From: Corallochytrium limacisporum Hawaii
Lineage: Eukaryota > Protista > Pluriformea
DNA length: 64,000 bases
Assembly (NCBI GenBank): GCA_002811645.1
Contig: PDIP01000017.1
Location: forward strand, 62,001 to 126,000
Direction of reading: 5' to 3'
Every line of letters begins with the position of its first letter. Position 1 is the first letter of the stretch. The translations under genes and the position numbers were made by a program. Shown here piece by piece: positions 51,683 through 62,536 of the stretch. The notes under the pieces are model-generated. The model worked only from the letters and a program-made list of their open reading frames with translations. It did no database searches and was not told the origin of the DNA.

Positions 51683-54600
51683 ACTATTGCCTGCGATTAC
51701 CCATTGGAAAAACGCTGTGCCGGGTCAGACCATTGGGCGTATTTTTTCTTTTCCGCAATATCAGAGTGGCTTGTTCAGCTCTTACGGCATTCCCAACGCT
51801 GAAGAAAAATCCTGCGTTCACGTCACCGAACAAAGCGAAATGACGCGGGCTACCATCCCTCCCAAAGCCCCCCCCCCTTCCCTCGCTCCCCAATTCTTGC
51901 TTTGGCTCCCGCCGCGCCGGGGGAGAGGGGGGGGGGGTTTGGTGAGGGTGTTTCTTTCTTCTCTGTGTGTTTTGGCCCTCTTTTTTTTTCTCTCAATTCT
52001 TTCTTTCTCTGCAGTTTTCCTCCCTGCGGGGGCCGCTGAAAATAGTACGTGATAATTTAGGGACACGGCGGGTCAGCGGGTTCCTGAGCAGCCAGTTCTC
52101 TTTTTTTTTTTGTTTGCGGGATAAGTTTGTTATTGAAAGAGATCCTGAGAATAGCACAAACACCGACACAGAGAATACACGAGAAATCCGCATCCCCATC
52201 GGGACTCTCTGGGTTTTATTTTCTCATGACAGGAATTTTTGGAATCAGGGCGCAAAACCTACACACCAAAAGCAGCGGTGAAAAATACTCAACCTCAACA
52301 CAAAAAGCAGCCCCCAACACACACACACACACAGTCGCTCCCGCAAACAGAGAATTCAAAAGGTCCCGCAGTGCTGTGCTAAGAAAAGAAACTTTCAACG
52401 AAAGCAACTCCAGCCGAGAATGCCAACCGTCAGCAGACACTCATACAGGAAGTGCTGTAACATGTGTCAATGAGGCTAGTACAAATAACACAGACACTCA
52501 CACACACATAGAGACTTTGAGTCGGACCCGCCCCTCCCGGCATGAGCCAGCCCAAATTTCTAAGAATTTGGGTATCATTTCTAACACATTCGTGGTCTTT
52601 CTCCACGGCAGGGTTACGCGGCTCTGCTAATTCACAACTATCTATAGTGGTCCGAGTGAATACTGCTATCTGATTTCTCATACTGAAAATGTGACATTTT
52701 TACAGGCTATGTTTCTATCTCCAGCAAAGACCCACACGGGACACGAAGGAGACCCACCCTTACTGCTAAACTCCGCGAAAGTGAGTCGGCCGCTCGTGAA
52801 ACCCGAAATTCTCAATGTACTGGAACATGGGATTTCGCCTCGAACATCCGACCGCGAAAGAATTTTCCCACTCGTGTCTTTCCTGCTTCCCCTATCTCAG
52901 CCCGGTCCGTCCACATTTTTCCTCCCGTTCTTGTCCTCCCGCCAATGGCCATTGTCGGCGCACACTGACGGCGAAGAGAAGATATCTATCTAGCTCAGTA
53001 CTGAACGAAAGCACCGCTGCCCCGGGGGAGGGGGGGGGGCGCACCTGACCTATCCGTGGCGCTCCTTTCCCTTGTGGCATCGCGCTGAGGTACGTGCAAC
53101 CCCTGCCATAGTCCCCGCTCCTCCCCTCCTGTCTCTTTCGGGTACTCCTCCCGCCTTCTTTCTCCCCGGGCGCTTGGCACTTCCTTTTTTTTAAAGACGA
53201 AGGAGGAGAACAAATAGAAAAAAAAAGGGGCAAGGATTCAGGACCGACGTCTGCTATGGCAAACAATGATCTACATTGGCTTCGTGTGATTTAGGAGGGA
53301 AGTGCTCTTAGTATGCAAGGTCTTGACTTCCAATGTTCCAGTGGGAGAGGGGATCTATCGATCATTTTACTGGAACAGCCCCGTAGGGACTCCCAGAGTA
53401 TGGTGCAACAGCGGGCACGCAGAAAAACTGCGCTTGAGAGCGCGCGAGAGATACGCTTTGCGGTGAATCGATCGCCGACGACCGTGGTCCCGTGGTGGGT
53501 GTGTGGCTGAAACGCGGGACGAAACCAACGAACCAGAGGTATGGTAGCCCGTGTGTTTGCGTCAATCTCTGCAGCTGTTCGCTCACTCCCGTCTCAATGC
53601 GATGGCGCCAGGGGTCCCGCCAGTTGCTTGATAGTGCACTTTTAGCATCAAATCATTCGTACCTTTCAGAGAGAATAAGAAGGAGAAGCAATACCGACCC
53701 ACCCCGCAGTGTGACCTTGCTCCTTTTACGCCCAATCGCGAGTCCAATTCTTCATCTGACCCTCCCGTAACTCTTAGTATGGGGGGTTCGGAGTAATATC
53801 GAGGGCCGGAACATATCCTCTTTTCCAGGGTAGGGGACAACCCAGTGGGAGGCCTGGAGAGCAAAGGCGATCTTCCCACTTTCACTTCTTGCTGGTGATC
53901 GTCCCCGGCCTGTTCACTTGGCCAAAAGTATCCATTCCTCTACCAAAATAAGGCAGCATAGGCAACAAAAGTTTCATTTTATGTAACTTCTCGCATGAGC
54001 GGGTCCGAACAGGGTGGGCCATTGGAATCCGCATCGAATTGAACTTTCCGTTCAAGAGCCGTTGGCTGCCTACGCCAGGAATTTCGTTGCTGATCTGCTG
54101 CAGGATTACTATTTGTAATTGTGATGTAGTGCTGCCCGGTGATGATCGAACACGGTCAGCACTATCCGCAGATTGCAGTGATAAATCCTCATGTGTCAAG
54201 AACGTTACTCTCTTGAGCCTTGACGGAACATGCTCTCCATGTGTTAAGTCCTTTCCGCCCCTCTAGGTGCTGACAGGTATGAGTTAAGATCATGCCCCAG
54301 CAGCGAGCGCAAGAGTGTGATGGGATCTGAAGAAACGGACCTCTACGCTCTCTGCTCCCTACCTCTCTTCGCTGTGATTGGCTGCAGTCACCTGGCATAT
54401 CGCTATTGAACATACTGAGTGAACCGATGACTGTGTACGCCCGGTAGCCAAAACTGAACAAGTATTGGAGATATTTGCCTTGGTGAAATGCCGCGTCACT
54501 ACATTCCGGGTCATTATTAACTGGGATCGAAAACGAATATTCAGTAATCGACAGAGAGAGTAACAGACAATCCCAATACGAAAAACACGGATCAAAAAGA

Positions 54601-57301
54601 AAATGAAGAAAAGGGAGGAAATTTGCGGGCACCGATTGCGGGTTACCTCCTGACTATATCTCAGTATAGGGTACATCGTTCGGCCTTGCCGCAAAGCATG
54701 GCCTATTGGGGGGCTTGAAACACCAAGGCAATGTAAGGATAACTTGCTTTGTTGTACAGACACGACATTTCGCAGGATCCGTTCGCCATTCTGCTCCCTC
54801 ACACACGCACCACACCCGAACTATGCAACAACCACAGTTCTAAATTAATCTGAAGCAGAGGTTTTTCCGATCAAGCGTAAGGAGACGGAGGTGTGTTTTG
54901 TTGCGCCGGATCAGCAGAGGAAGGCATAAGGGCTGATTTCAAAGCACGAGTTTTTCCCACTTCCGCGTTGGTCTGTATGGGAATGGTATCGGTGGGGTTC
55001 ACCGCTAGAGCATGATAGTTGTGACATATTCACAAAAGGAGGCCGGGGCCAACCAGCGTATGCGCAACCACGCACAAGCATCGTGATGCTGATATGAACG
55101 ACCCCTTTGCTCTTCACATAGGTTCACACTCGTTCGGTTCAAATGCACGAACTAGTCTGTGGGTGGACAACGAGAGCCAGCCACGCAGACAGGAGCCACA
55201 ACCGTTTTCCCAAATCCACGGACACGGACACATTTTTGAAATGTTTGAGGGCAGGACGAGTACGGATCAGCCGATTTCCCTCTACTATTCTGCTTCGGCT
55301 GTCTGTGACACCTTTCGTTCCTCTGCTCATGGACAGCCGTAGCATAATTACGATATGGAAAATGGGGCATAGAATGGATGGTTTGCCGACTGTGCATCTC
55401 TGTTGTGTATCCGATGGTAATGAAATTACTGCTGACTCTCCATCCCATCATCGCGCTACTCTCTCACAGTCGTGCTCTTTGGAGCATGCTCCGACATGTC
55501 AAACAGGCAAAGTGAAAGGTTCAAAGTATCGAGGAACCAGCATACGCAGAGAACTGAGCGAGTGGGACCCCACCAATACTAAGTGCTACTACGATAGTAC
55601 TGCAATCGGGATGGTGGCGGTGCCCGTGGTGGGAAAAATGCTACAGGTCGCCTCAGTATGGAAAACAATGGACAGATTGGAGACCGAGAGCTTACGAAGG
55701 GGAAAAACCGGAGCCCAAAAGACACCTGAGAAGAGTTATCGAGGCAGGAAGCCAGGCAGTGTGCCCATGTATATGTGTAAGCATGCCTGACGTGAACCCC
55801 CCCCCCCCCCGGGGGTTGGGGCCCACATTTTCTCCACCTAACCCAGCCTCCCTCATCCACCGCCCCGCTTGGTCCCAAAAAAAGCCACCGTAGGGTGCCC
55901 TTCCGGATGGGTACTTCAGAGACACAGAGTAGAACACAAACCCACCCGCGGTGCAGTCCTCTCCCCCTCTGTCGTCTCAATCTTGGTCTTGGATTGCTCC
56001 TGCGGCCGCGCGCGGGGTTTCCATGCTTTGGAGTGGGACATTCCGTCCACGCTTTATCAGGTGGAAACCCGGTCATCACAGCAAGGCCTGGGGAAATGAG
56101 CATGGACAGTGGCCAGTTCGTGTTGCTGGCAGGTTCATTTTTCGATGTGTATGATGTGGGATTGTGCAAGGTCAGTTACCTGTGGATGCTTCCATTTGTG
56201 CTGATCATTGTCTCTGTGTTGTTGAGCACCAATCGCAGACCTCATGGTGAACACCCATCAACACTTGCGGGACCCTTTGCTGATTAGGCGTGATCTGGTC
56301 CTGGAAGCCCTCAAACTGAAGGACAACTGCGATTCAATAGGTAACTGAAGGGGCAAGAGGAGGAGCGCCTCCCGAAGCGCCCGTGGCTGTTTCGGATTCG
56401 AACGATACGTGGCGAGCCTGTAGACACAGCAACCGAGAAAACGGCAGCATAGGGTGGGCTGGGGCTATATACTTTTGAAACCATTTCGGGTGGGCGGTGA
56501 CGAGAGAGTGAGAGGGGATGTTCTGCTATGAAATAATCTCCCCTCCCACTTCCCGGGGTGGCCACTGCAAATAAGCACGATTTTCTAACATCGCAATACC
56601 CCGTGCCTCGTAGGCTGTTGTATTGATACGCAGATCCGCTGGGCTTCGCACGTTCAATCGACGACGATTCTCTTCATGCATTGTTTCGGGCTTCGTCTCT
56701 GGTCCCGAACACGGCTCCCAGATTGATGAAGATGGCAGTGGATGTACCATGGCACTATGATGCAATAAAGGATGGGATGTAAGAACATAGCGCATCACAA
56801 GCTGCCGTGTGATAGATACTGCGGAATTCTAAACCAAGTTGTGCGATTTGCGCTGGAAGGATCCTCCAACTAGGCACAGTTCCATTGCGCGTACTCGAGG
56901 GTGCAGCATGGTGGAACACACAAGATCTGTGTTGGACCCATGCTCCGCATTTGCCCTCCGTTTATGGTCTAGCCGCCGAAGGAGCTGTGAGCTATCCACC
57001 AACGGCTGTACCGCAGAAGCGATCTTCAACTCAATTTAAACTCTCTGTCAATACCAGTTCGCATGGATCATTGTTGCAGGCTTTAACATGATCCAACTCT
57101 GTAAGATCATGGCGCTAGAGCACACTACGCAAGTCCAATTAGGCCACACAAGCACACGAACAACCACTCGCCGACAATCAGAAAACATCTCTATACTTGG
57201 AGTACCTGTAAAAATCAAAGCAACTCCGCAACATTAAATCAATATATTTATGTATTGATCAATATATCGGACAGATTAGTAAGGGTAAAAGCTAAGGCTT
57301 A

Positions 57302-59704
57302 CTACTCGTCCTTCTTTCCATTTGCTTGTGCTCCGCGGTTGCCCTCCAGCTGACGTTGGACTAAACGGCGATAAAACCCATCTGGATGCTCCAAGAGTTC
57401 CGCATGGCGCCCTACTTCTACGGCCTTGCCTCCATCGATTACAATGACCTGGTCGGCGTTCTGCACCGTGGAGAGACGATGTGCAATGACGATGACTGTG
57501 CGATCTTTTACCATATTATCGATCGCGGCTTGTACAAGTGCTTCGGATTCGGTGTCTAGTGCGCTGGTAGCTTCGTCGAGTAGCAGAACCGGCGGATCCT
57601 TAAGCAGAGCTCGAGCGATGGCCACCCGCTGCTTCTGACCACCACTCAATCGAATTCCGCGTTCACCGACAACGGTGTCGTATTTGTCGTCGAATGTCAG
57701 AATTGTGTCATGAATGTTGGCAGCCTTAGCCACCCGAACAATATCATCCTCGGTAGCATCTGGTATACTGTACGCAATATTCTCTCTGATGGTGCCCCCA
57801 AACAGTGCAGGTTCCTGCAAGACCATTCCGAAGCTTTGGCGCAGAGATGTTGGATCATAGTCATAGATGCTGCTGCCGTCGATTGTAATGGAGCCATCGT
57901 CTATCCTGTAGAATCGCTCCAGCAGGGCAAAAATTGTACTTTTCCCTGCACCTGAGGCTCCGACCAATGCATTTGTGGTATAAGGTTTGATGTTGAAGCT
58001 CAGCCCTTTGAGTGCTTCACTCTGCCTACTCGGGTACCTGAACCGCACATCCTGGAACGAGATATGGCCTTCCACCCGGACCATTGAGCTTCTTATGCCC
58101 TCTGAGACCTGTTCTGATCCCACTGGCATGTCCAAGATCTCAAAAATGCGTGCACTTGATCCCAAAGCTGTCATGAAGTCACCATAGAGGCTTGACAGGA
58201 AAGCAATATTCATGGCCATACTCAAAGTGTAGAGAACGAAACTAGTGAGTGTACCTGCACTCAGCTCGCCAGACACAACAAGTGTTCCGCCATACCAAAG
58301 AACCAGAGCGATAGCCCCCTGTCCTGTGAATCCCAAGATCCCAGGGAACGCACCCGACGCCAGGGCAAGCCTCGCTCCGCGGGCATAGCTGTTATCGATT
58401 TCGTGTGCGTACATGCCGCACTCTCGCATTTCGGCCCCAAAGGTACGAACCGTGCGCACGTTGCTTACAGTCTCCTCTGCCTTGGCACTGGCCTCTGCAA
58501 GATGGTCCTGGAAAGCCTTGCGCTGGCGGCGCAGGAACTTACCATAGGAAACCGAGCCGATCGACACCAGAGGCACAACGGACAACATCAGAAGAGTCAA
58601 CTTCCAGGAAGTTGCGAACAGGATCACCAGACTCCCAATGATTTGTACTGCAAAGCGAACAAATTGGGGAAGGCTGTTTGTGAGGACTCCTTGCAGGGCC
58701 TGTGTGTCAGTACTAAGTCGTGAAGTCAACTCGCCCGTCCGAGACTTGTCAAAAAATGCAATATTCTGTCCCATGATGGATTTGAAGACACTAGTACGGA
58801 GCACAGATATGGCTCGAATACCAACCAATCCAAACAACCATGCCCGAATAAGACTGTAGAGAGCATTCAAGGAGCTGACAACGATGATGAGCAAAACTGC
58901 GTAATTCAAGTGACTTCTGTTTACCTGTTGACCGTCACCACCAACGGCGTCGATGATCCTGCCGAAGAAATACGGCATGATTAGCGAGGTCACTGACGAT
59001 GCTGCCAAAGCTGTCAGGCCCAGAGTGGTCATGCGCCATTCAATCACACAAAGGCGCATTAAACGTTTCGCTCGGGATGGCTTGGCTCGCTTTCTTTCGT
59101 CCTCAATAAACCGTTCGAAGACTCGCTCTGCATGATCAAGAGCGGGATCCCGATCTTCTCCAGCTGAACTAGTTACAGTCTCCAGAAGTTGGTAAGCACC
59201 ACGAGGCTGTCTGAATCGGCGCAACAGGAATGCTTCATACACAACGAAAACAAACGTCACAGCGCCCATCGTGATCCCAAGCACATTTAAGAGGACTGAT
59301 CTCAGCCATGGCATGCCGCATACGCTTTCCATGTGACTCGGAATGAGGATCGCTATTATTTTCAAGGCGGAGTAGATTGCCAGGATTACAGCGCCGAATC
59401 CTGAAAGCCCCAATTGAATTGCCTGTGGTTTAAGTGGCTGTCGACTGTACGTGAGTACCAGGGTGCTCAAGAGGAATGGCACGGTGGCTCCGACGTACAT
59501 GATATCAAGGGGACATGATGAAAACGTACAATGGTTTGCGCACTCGAAGATCTCCGATGCTATATCCCAAGTCTCATCAGCATTTCTGCCGTTGCTGCGT
59601 AGGTCAAACACCCATATCACCGAGAATATGATCACTGTGAGCGTGTGCAATAAGCCAACAACAACCACACAGGTCTGAAGGCGGAAGAACTCTGCCTCTA
59701 TCAT
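57302..59704 (-). CDS. ABCB half-transporter with N-terminal TMD0 (ABCB9/TAP-like)
   Basis: FFDKSRTGELTSRL, Walker A GASGAGKST, signature LSGGQKQR, LLLDEATSALD, AHRLST; extra hydrophobic N-terminal domain. Confidence 0.95.
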   Translation of the reverse strand: MIEAEFFRLQTCVVVVGLLHTLTVIIFSVIWVFDLRSNGRNADETWDIASEIFECANHCTFSSCPLDIMYVGATVPFLLSTLVLTYSRQPLKPQAIQLGLSGFGAVILAIYSALKIIAILIPSHMESVCGMPWLRSVLLNVLGITMGAVTFVFVVYEAFLLRRFRQPRGAYQLLETVTSSAGEDRDPALDHAERVFERFIEDERKRAKPSRAKRLMRLCVIEWRMTTLGLTALAASSVTSLIMPYFFGRIIDAVGGDGQQVNRSHLNYAVLLIIVVSSLNALYSLIRAWLFGLVGIRAISVLRTSVFKSIMGQNIAFFDKSRTGELTSRLSTDTQALQGVLTNSLPQFVRFAVQIIGSLVILFATSWKLTLLMLSVVPLVSIGSVSYGKFLRRQRKAFQDHLAEASAKAEETVSNVRTVRTFGAEMRECGMYAHEIDNSYARGARLALASGAFPGILGFTGQGAIALVLWYGGTLVVSGELSAGTLTSFVLYTLSMAMNIAFLSSLYGDFMTALGSSARIFEILDMPVGSEQVSEGIRSSMVRVEGHISFQDVRFRYPSRQSEALKGLSFNIKPYTTNALVGASGAGKSTIFALLERFYRIDDGSITIDGSSIYDYDPTSLRQSFGMVLQEPALFGGTIRENIAYSIPDATEDDIVRVAKAANIHDTILTFDDKYDTVVGERGIRLSGGQKQRVAIARALLKDPPVLLLDEATSALDTESEALVQAAIDNMVKDRTVIVIAHRLSTVQNADQVIVIDGGKAVEVGRHAELLEHPDGFYRRLVQRQLEGNRGAQANGKKDE

Positions 59705-60225
59705 GGTGCTATAGAGTATCCCATTACACGTCTAGGATAAGTCGCGGCGAACTGCCGACAAGTCTATCCACGTCATATACCTTTCTTGTCGCGGATCACA
59801 GTCATTGGTCTGCATCCCAGTCGACGGTACCTTCTTCACGGACCGGGCTCCGGTGTTGTTCAGCAGTGAGTTGTTGGTCTCGCCGGCTCTATTGCGTTCT
59901 TGGCACAGAAAGTGGGTCTCCCAGGGTTCTCAGGGTGACGTGTAGTGCGAGTCTGCGGTGTTGGTAGAAGCGAGGGAGACGGGTTTCACATATGGTGTAG
60001 TTTAACACGGAATAAGAGGAGCATTAGCAGGGTGCGCACTCAATGCGCGCCTATTGCGTCTTCCCGGCCGAAGCTTAGGCCACGCACACTGGGAGAGGGA
60101 AGGGACGAGTGGTTGCGGGACACTGCGCGATAAATTGCCTCAGGCTGTCGGGGGGAGTAATAAAGTATTGATTTTCAGGTGAACCCAACTTCATAAGATC
60201 AATAGCATGTCGCAGGGACCTACCC

Positions 60226-60248
60226 GCCGGTGGCGCGAAAGGTTTGAA
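60226..60248 (+). promoter_or_regulatory. E2F/CDE-CHR bipartite element upstream of the WDR76-like gene
   Basis: GCCGGTG-GCGCGA-AAGG-TTTGAA, about 130 nt before the ATG. Confidence 0.65.
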
Positions 60249-60380
60249 TCGCTTCGGTCGGTGGTACTGAGAGGAGAGAATAGCGATTCCCAGACAGCTA
60301 TTCGGTATGACAAGTAAAAACTCTGCACTGAACAAAAAAGACATTCAAGAGATCGATTTCAGCTGTCTCATCATGACACC

Positions 60381-62324
60381 ATGCCAGGCTTTGACCTCAT
60401 TGGGTGGCTGGTCAAGAAGCCAAAGACCGCGAGTGGGACGAGAGAAACCACAACGAAAGGTCACTCAGTGAAGGCAACCCCTTTATCGAAGAATAAACAA
60501 GAGTTTGCAGTGGGCGTGGAGAGCCAGCAAATATCAACCAAGCAGATCGTAGTGACCGAGGTTGTCCTACCATCAGCGGTACCGAGACAAAGCGACGACC
60601 TAGACCGTTCTGATCTGTGCGAGAACTATGCCGATCTGAAGGCACCCTTAGATGGGGAAGGTGGGGCGGGCCCTACAGTCCCGACCAAAATCAAAACAAG
60701 TGACTATGAAGCACAGAGAGCAGCAAATGTTGCCAAAAACCAGGAATTTCTCGCCCAACTTGGACTGCTCGGCCATACAATGGCTGAGAACAGCGCACAA
60801 GAGCTCACTGGCAAGCAGGTCCATAAAGTCAGGAAACCCAGGTGGGTCGGAAAGAAGAGACGAGCTCCAGAGCCGGTGCGACGGAGCGCTCGAGTTCGAA
60901 GGGAGCCTCCAACTTACGACGAATCTTATACTTATGCTGCCCCAGTTTCTGCTATCGAAGTGACTGATGTGAACCAACCACCGGAGATTACAGAGCGTCA
61001 GTCTGCACGGGTACAAATTGACGGGCATGAAGAATACCTCGATGGTCATAGCCATGACGTATACTCTATTGCTTACATGCATTACAAATGGAGCAGGGAT
61101 GAGGATGTGAAGATCCTGTTAGCGGGCGGAAAAGGAGGCAAGATTTCCATTTGGCAAACGGGGTGGCATGAAGACGCTCAAACAGGAGAATGGTGTCCAC
61201 ATCCAACCACCATAAAAGCTCACAAGTCATGGGTATCCAGTATTCAAGGGACCGTGGAAAGTATTGACACAAATAAGAATGAGGCCAAATTGAAGCTGAT
61301 CTCGTTCTCGAACAGTGGCGAAATCCGTTTACAAAGTTTCCATGCTCATTTCAAACGAGGACAAGAGAAGGCATCGCTTACGCCGACTCAAAATGTTTCA
61401 GAATTTATGGATCCCATTTACAGTGTTGCACCCATGTCTAATGAGCATTGGAGTAATACGTACCAATGTTCCACTAAAGCCGGCAGCGTAATCGCAGTGA
61501 CAGTACAGAGAAAGCAAGGCGACGATGGCACAAATGAGGACTGCCTGGTGGTTCAGGTTGCCCTGGATGACGCTGGTGTCGTCCTCAAAGACATTGCCTG
61601 TGGACCCAGCATGGTTTCGGGGGAGTCAAAACCTAGATGTTGTGTTGGAGCAGTGGGAAATAGTGGTACATTCCTGAAAAGCGTTTGCATGGAAACCGAG
61701 GAGAGCAAGGGATTTCAATGGCAGGAGTGGAAAGCTGGCCCCGGCAGCCAGGATGGGCTGGATCCCCGCTACCACGTCACTGGCGTTGGCTTCGTTGGTC
61801 ATGACGGCATGTGGACTCTTGCAACGGATGGATGCCTTCGCATTTGGAACACGAGCGGCAGTGAGAATTCGTTCGACCAACTCAACGAATTTCAACAGAT
61901 CACTGACTTCCACATCGCAAGTGGGCCACCGTCGACAAAGACGTCTCTGGCCCGGCCTTTCTGTTGGAGGGGGTCCAGGATCCATCTCGGCGATGACAAT
62001 GCAGATTACCTGTTTGTTCCCTGTTGGGATCGTCCTCTAGTGCTCATCTACGAATCTAAGGTACTTTGCGGTAGCCATGTACGGACGAAATTTGGGCTAT
62101 ATGGCCAGATTCACTGCTCAGGGAAGCCACACTCTATTGCGCCTCTAGCAGGTGACGGCGGTGTCTTGGACAGAGTTGCGATCTCTATGGGCGCAAACCT
62201 CATCGCGTTGGTGAAATTGTTTCCTGACCAGAAGACGCATTTAGAGTATGAACCCCTTTCAGAAGCCGCCAAGAAGGCCAGCCCGTATCACGCGACCCAT
62301 TGGGGAGAACGGAACGCCAGTTAA
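60381..62324 (+). CDS. WD40 protein, WDR76/Cmr1-like
   Basis: N-terminal YEAQRAANVAKNQEFLAQLGL helix and RRSARV, typical of WDR76/Cmr1, followed by divergent WD repeats (GHSHDVYSI, GKISIW, AHKSWVSSI, DGCLRIWN). Confidence 0.65.
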   Translation: MPGFDLIGWLVKKPKTASGTRETTTKGHSVKATPLSKNKQEFAVGVESQQISTKQIVVTEVVLPSAVPRQSDDLDRSDLCENYADLKAPLDGEGGAGPTVPTKIKTSDYEAQRAANVAKNQEFLAQLGLLGHTMAENSAQELTGKQVHKVRKPRWVGKKRRAPEPVRRSARVRREPPTYDESYTYAAPVSAIEVTDVNQPPEITERQSARVQIDGHEEYLDGHSHDVYSIAYMHYKWSRDEDVKILLAGGKGGKISIWQTGWHEDAQTGEWCPHPTTIKAHKSWVSSIQGTVESIDTNKNEAKLKLISFSNSGEIRLQSFHAHFKRGQEKASLTPTQNVSEFMDPIYSVAPMSNEHWSNTYQCSTKAGSVIAVTVQRKQGDDGTNEDCLVVQVALDDAGVVLKDIACGPSMVSGESKPRCCVGAVGNSGTFLKSVCMETEESKGFQWQEWKAGPGSQDGLDPRYHVTGVGFVGHDGMWTLATDGCLRIWNTSGSENSFDQLNEFQQITDFHIASGPPSTKTSLARPFCWRGSRIHLGDDNADYLFVPCWDRPLVLIYESKVLCGSHVRTKFGLYGQIHCSGKPHSIAPLAGDGGVLDRVAISMGANLIALVKLFPDQKTHLEYEPLSEAAKKASPYHATHWGERNAS

Positions 62325-62536
62325 ACGGGCACGATATCGCACCTTTTCCCTAAGTTGAACAGAAGAGTCCCATCTGGGACTGGACAAAGAGACGGCAAAT
62401 CATAATTACAATGGATCACGGCGCTGGAGCATGGCCTGCGATTTGATATGACATTTGTATTGATGTATTGCTACATGATGATTGTTCTTTATGGTGAAAG
62501 GAAATTTTGGTTCGGTTGTCTGATTGCACAGGTGGG

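Noticed and set aside
51360-52630. ORFs of 230 aa and 167 aa
   Set aside because: Translations of CT/CA microsatellite and homopolymer sequence.
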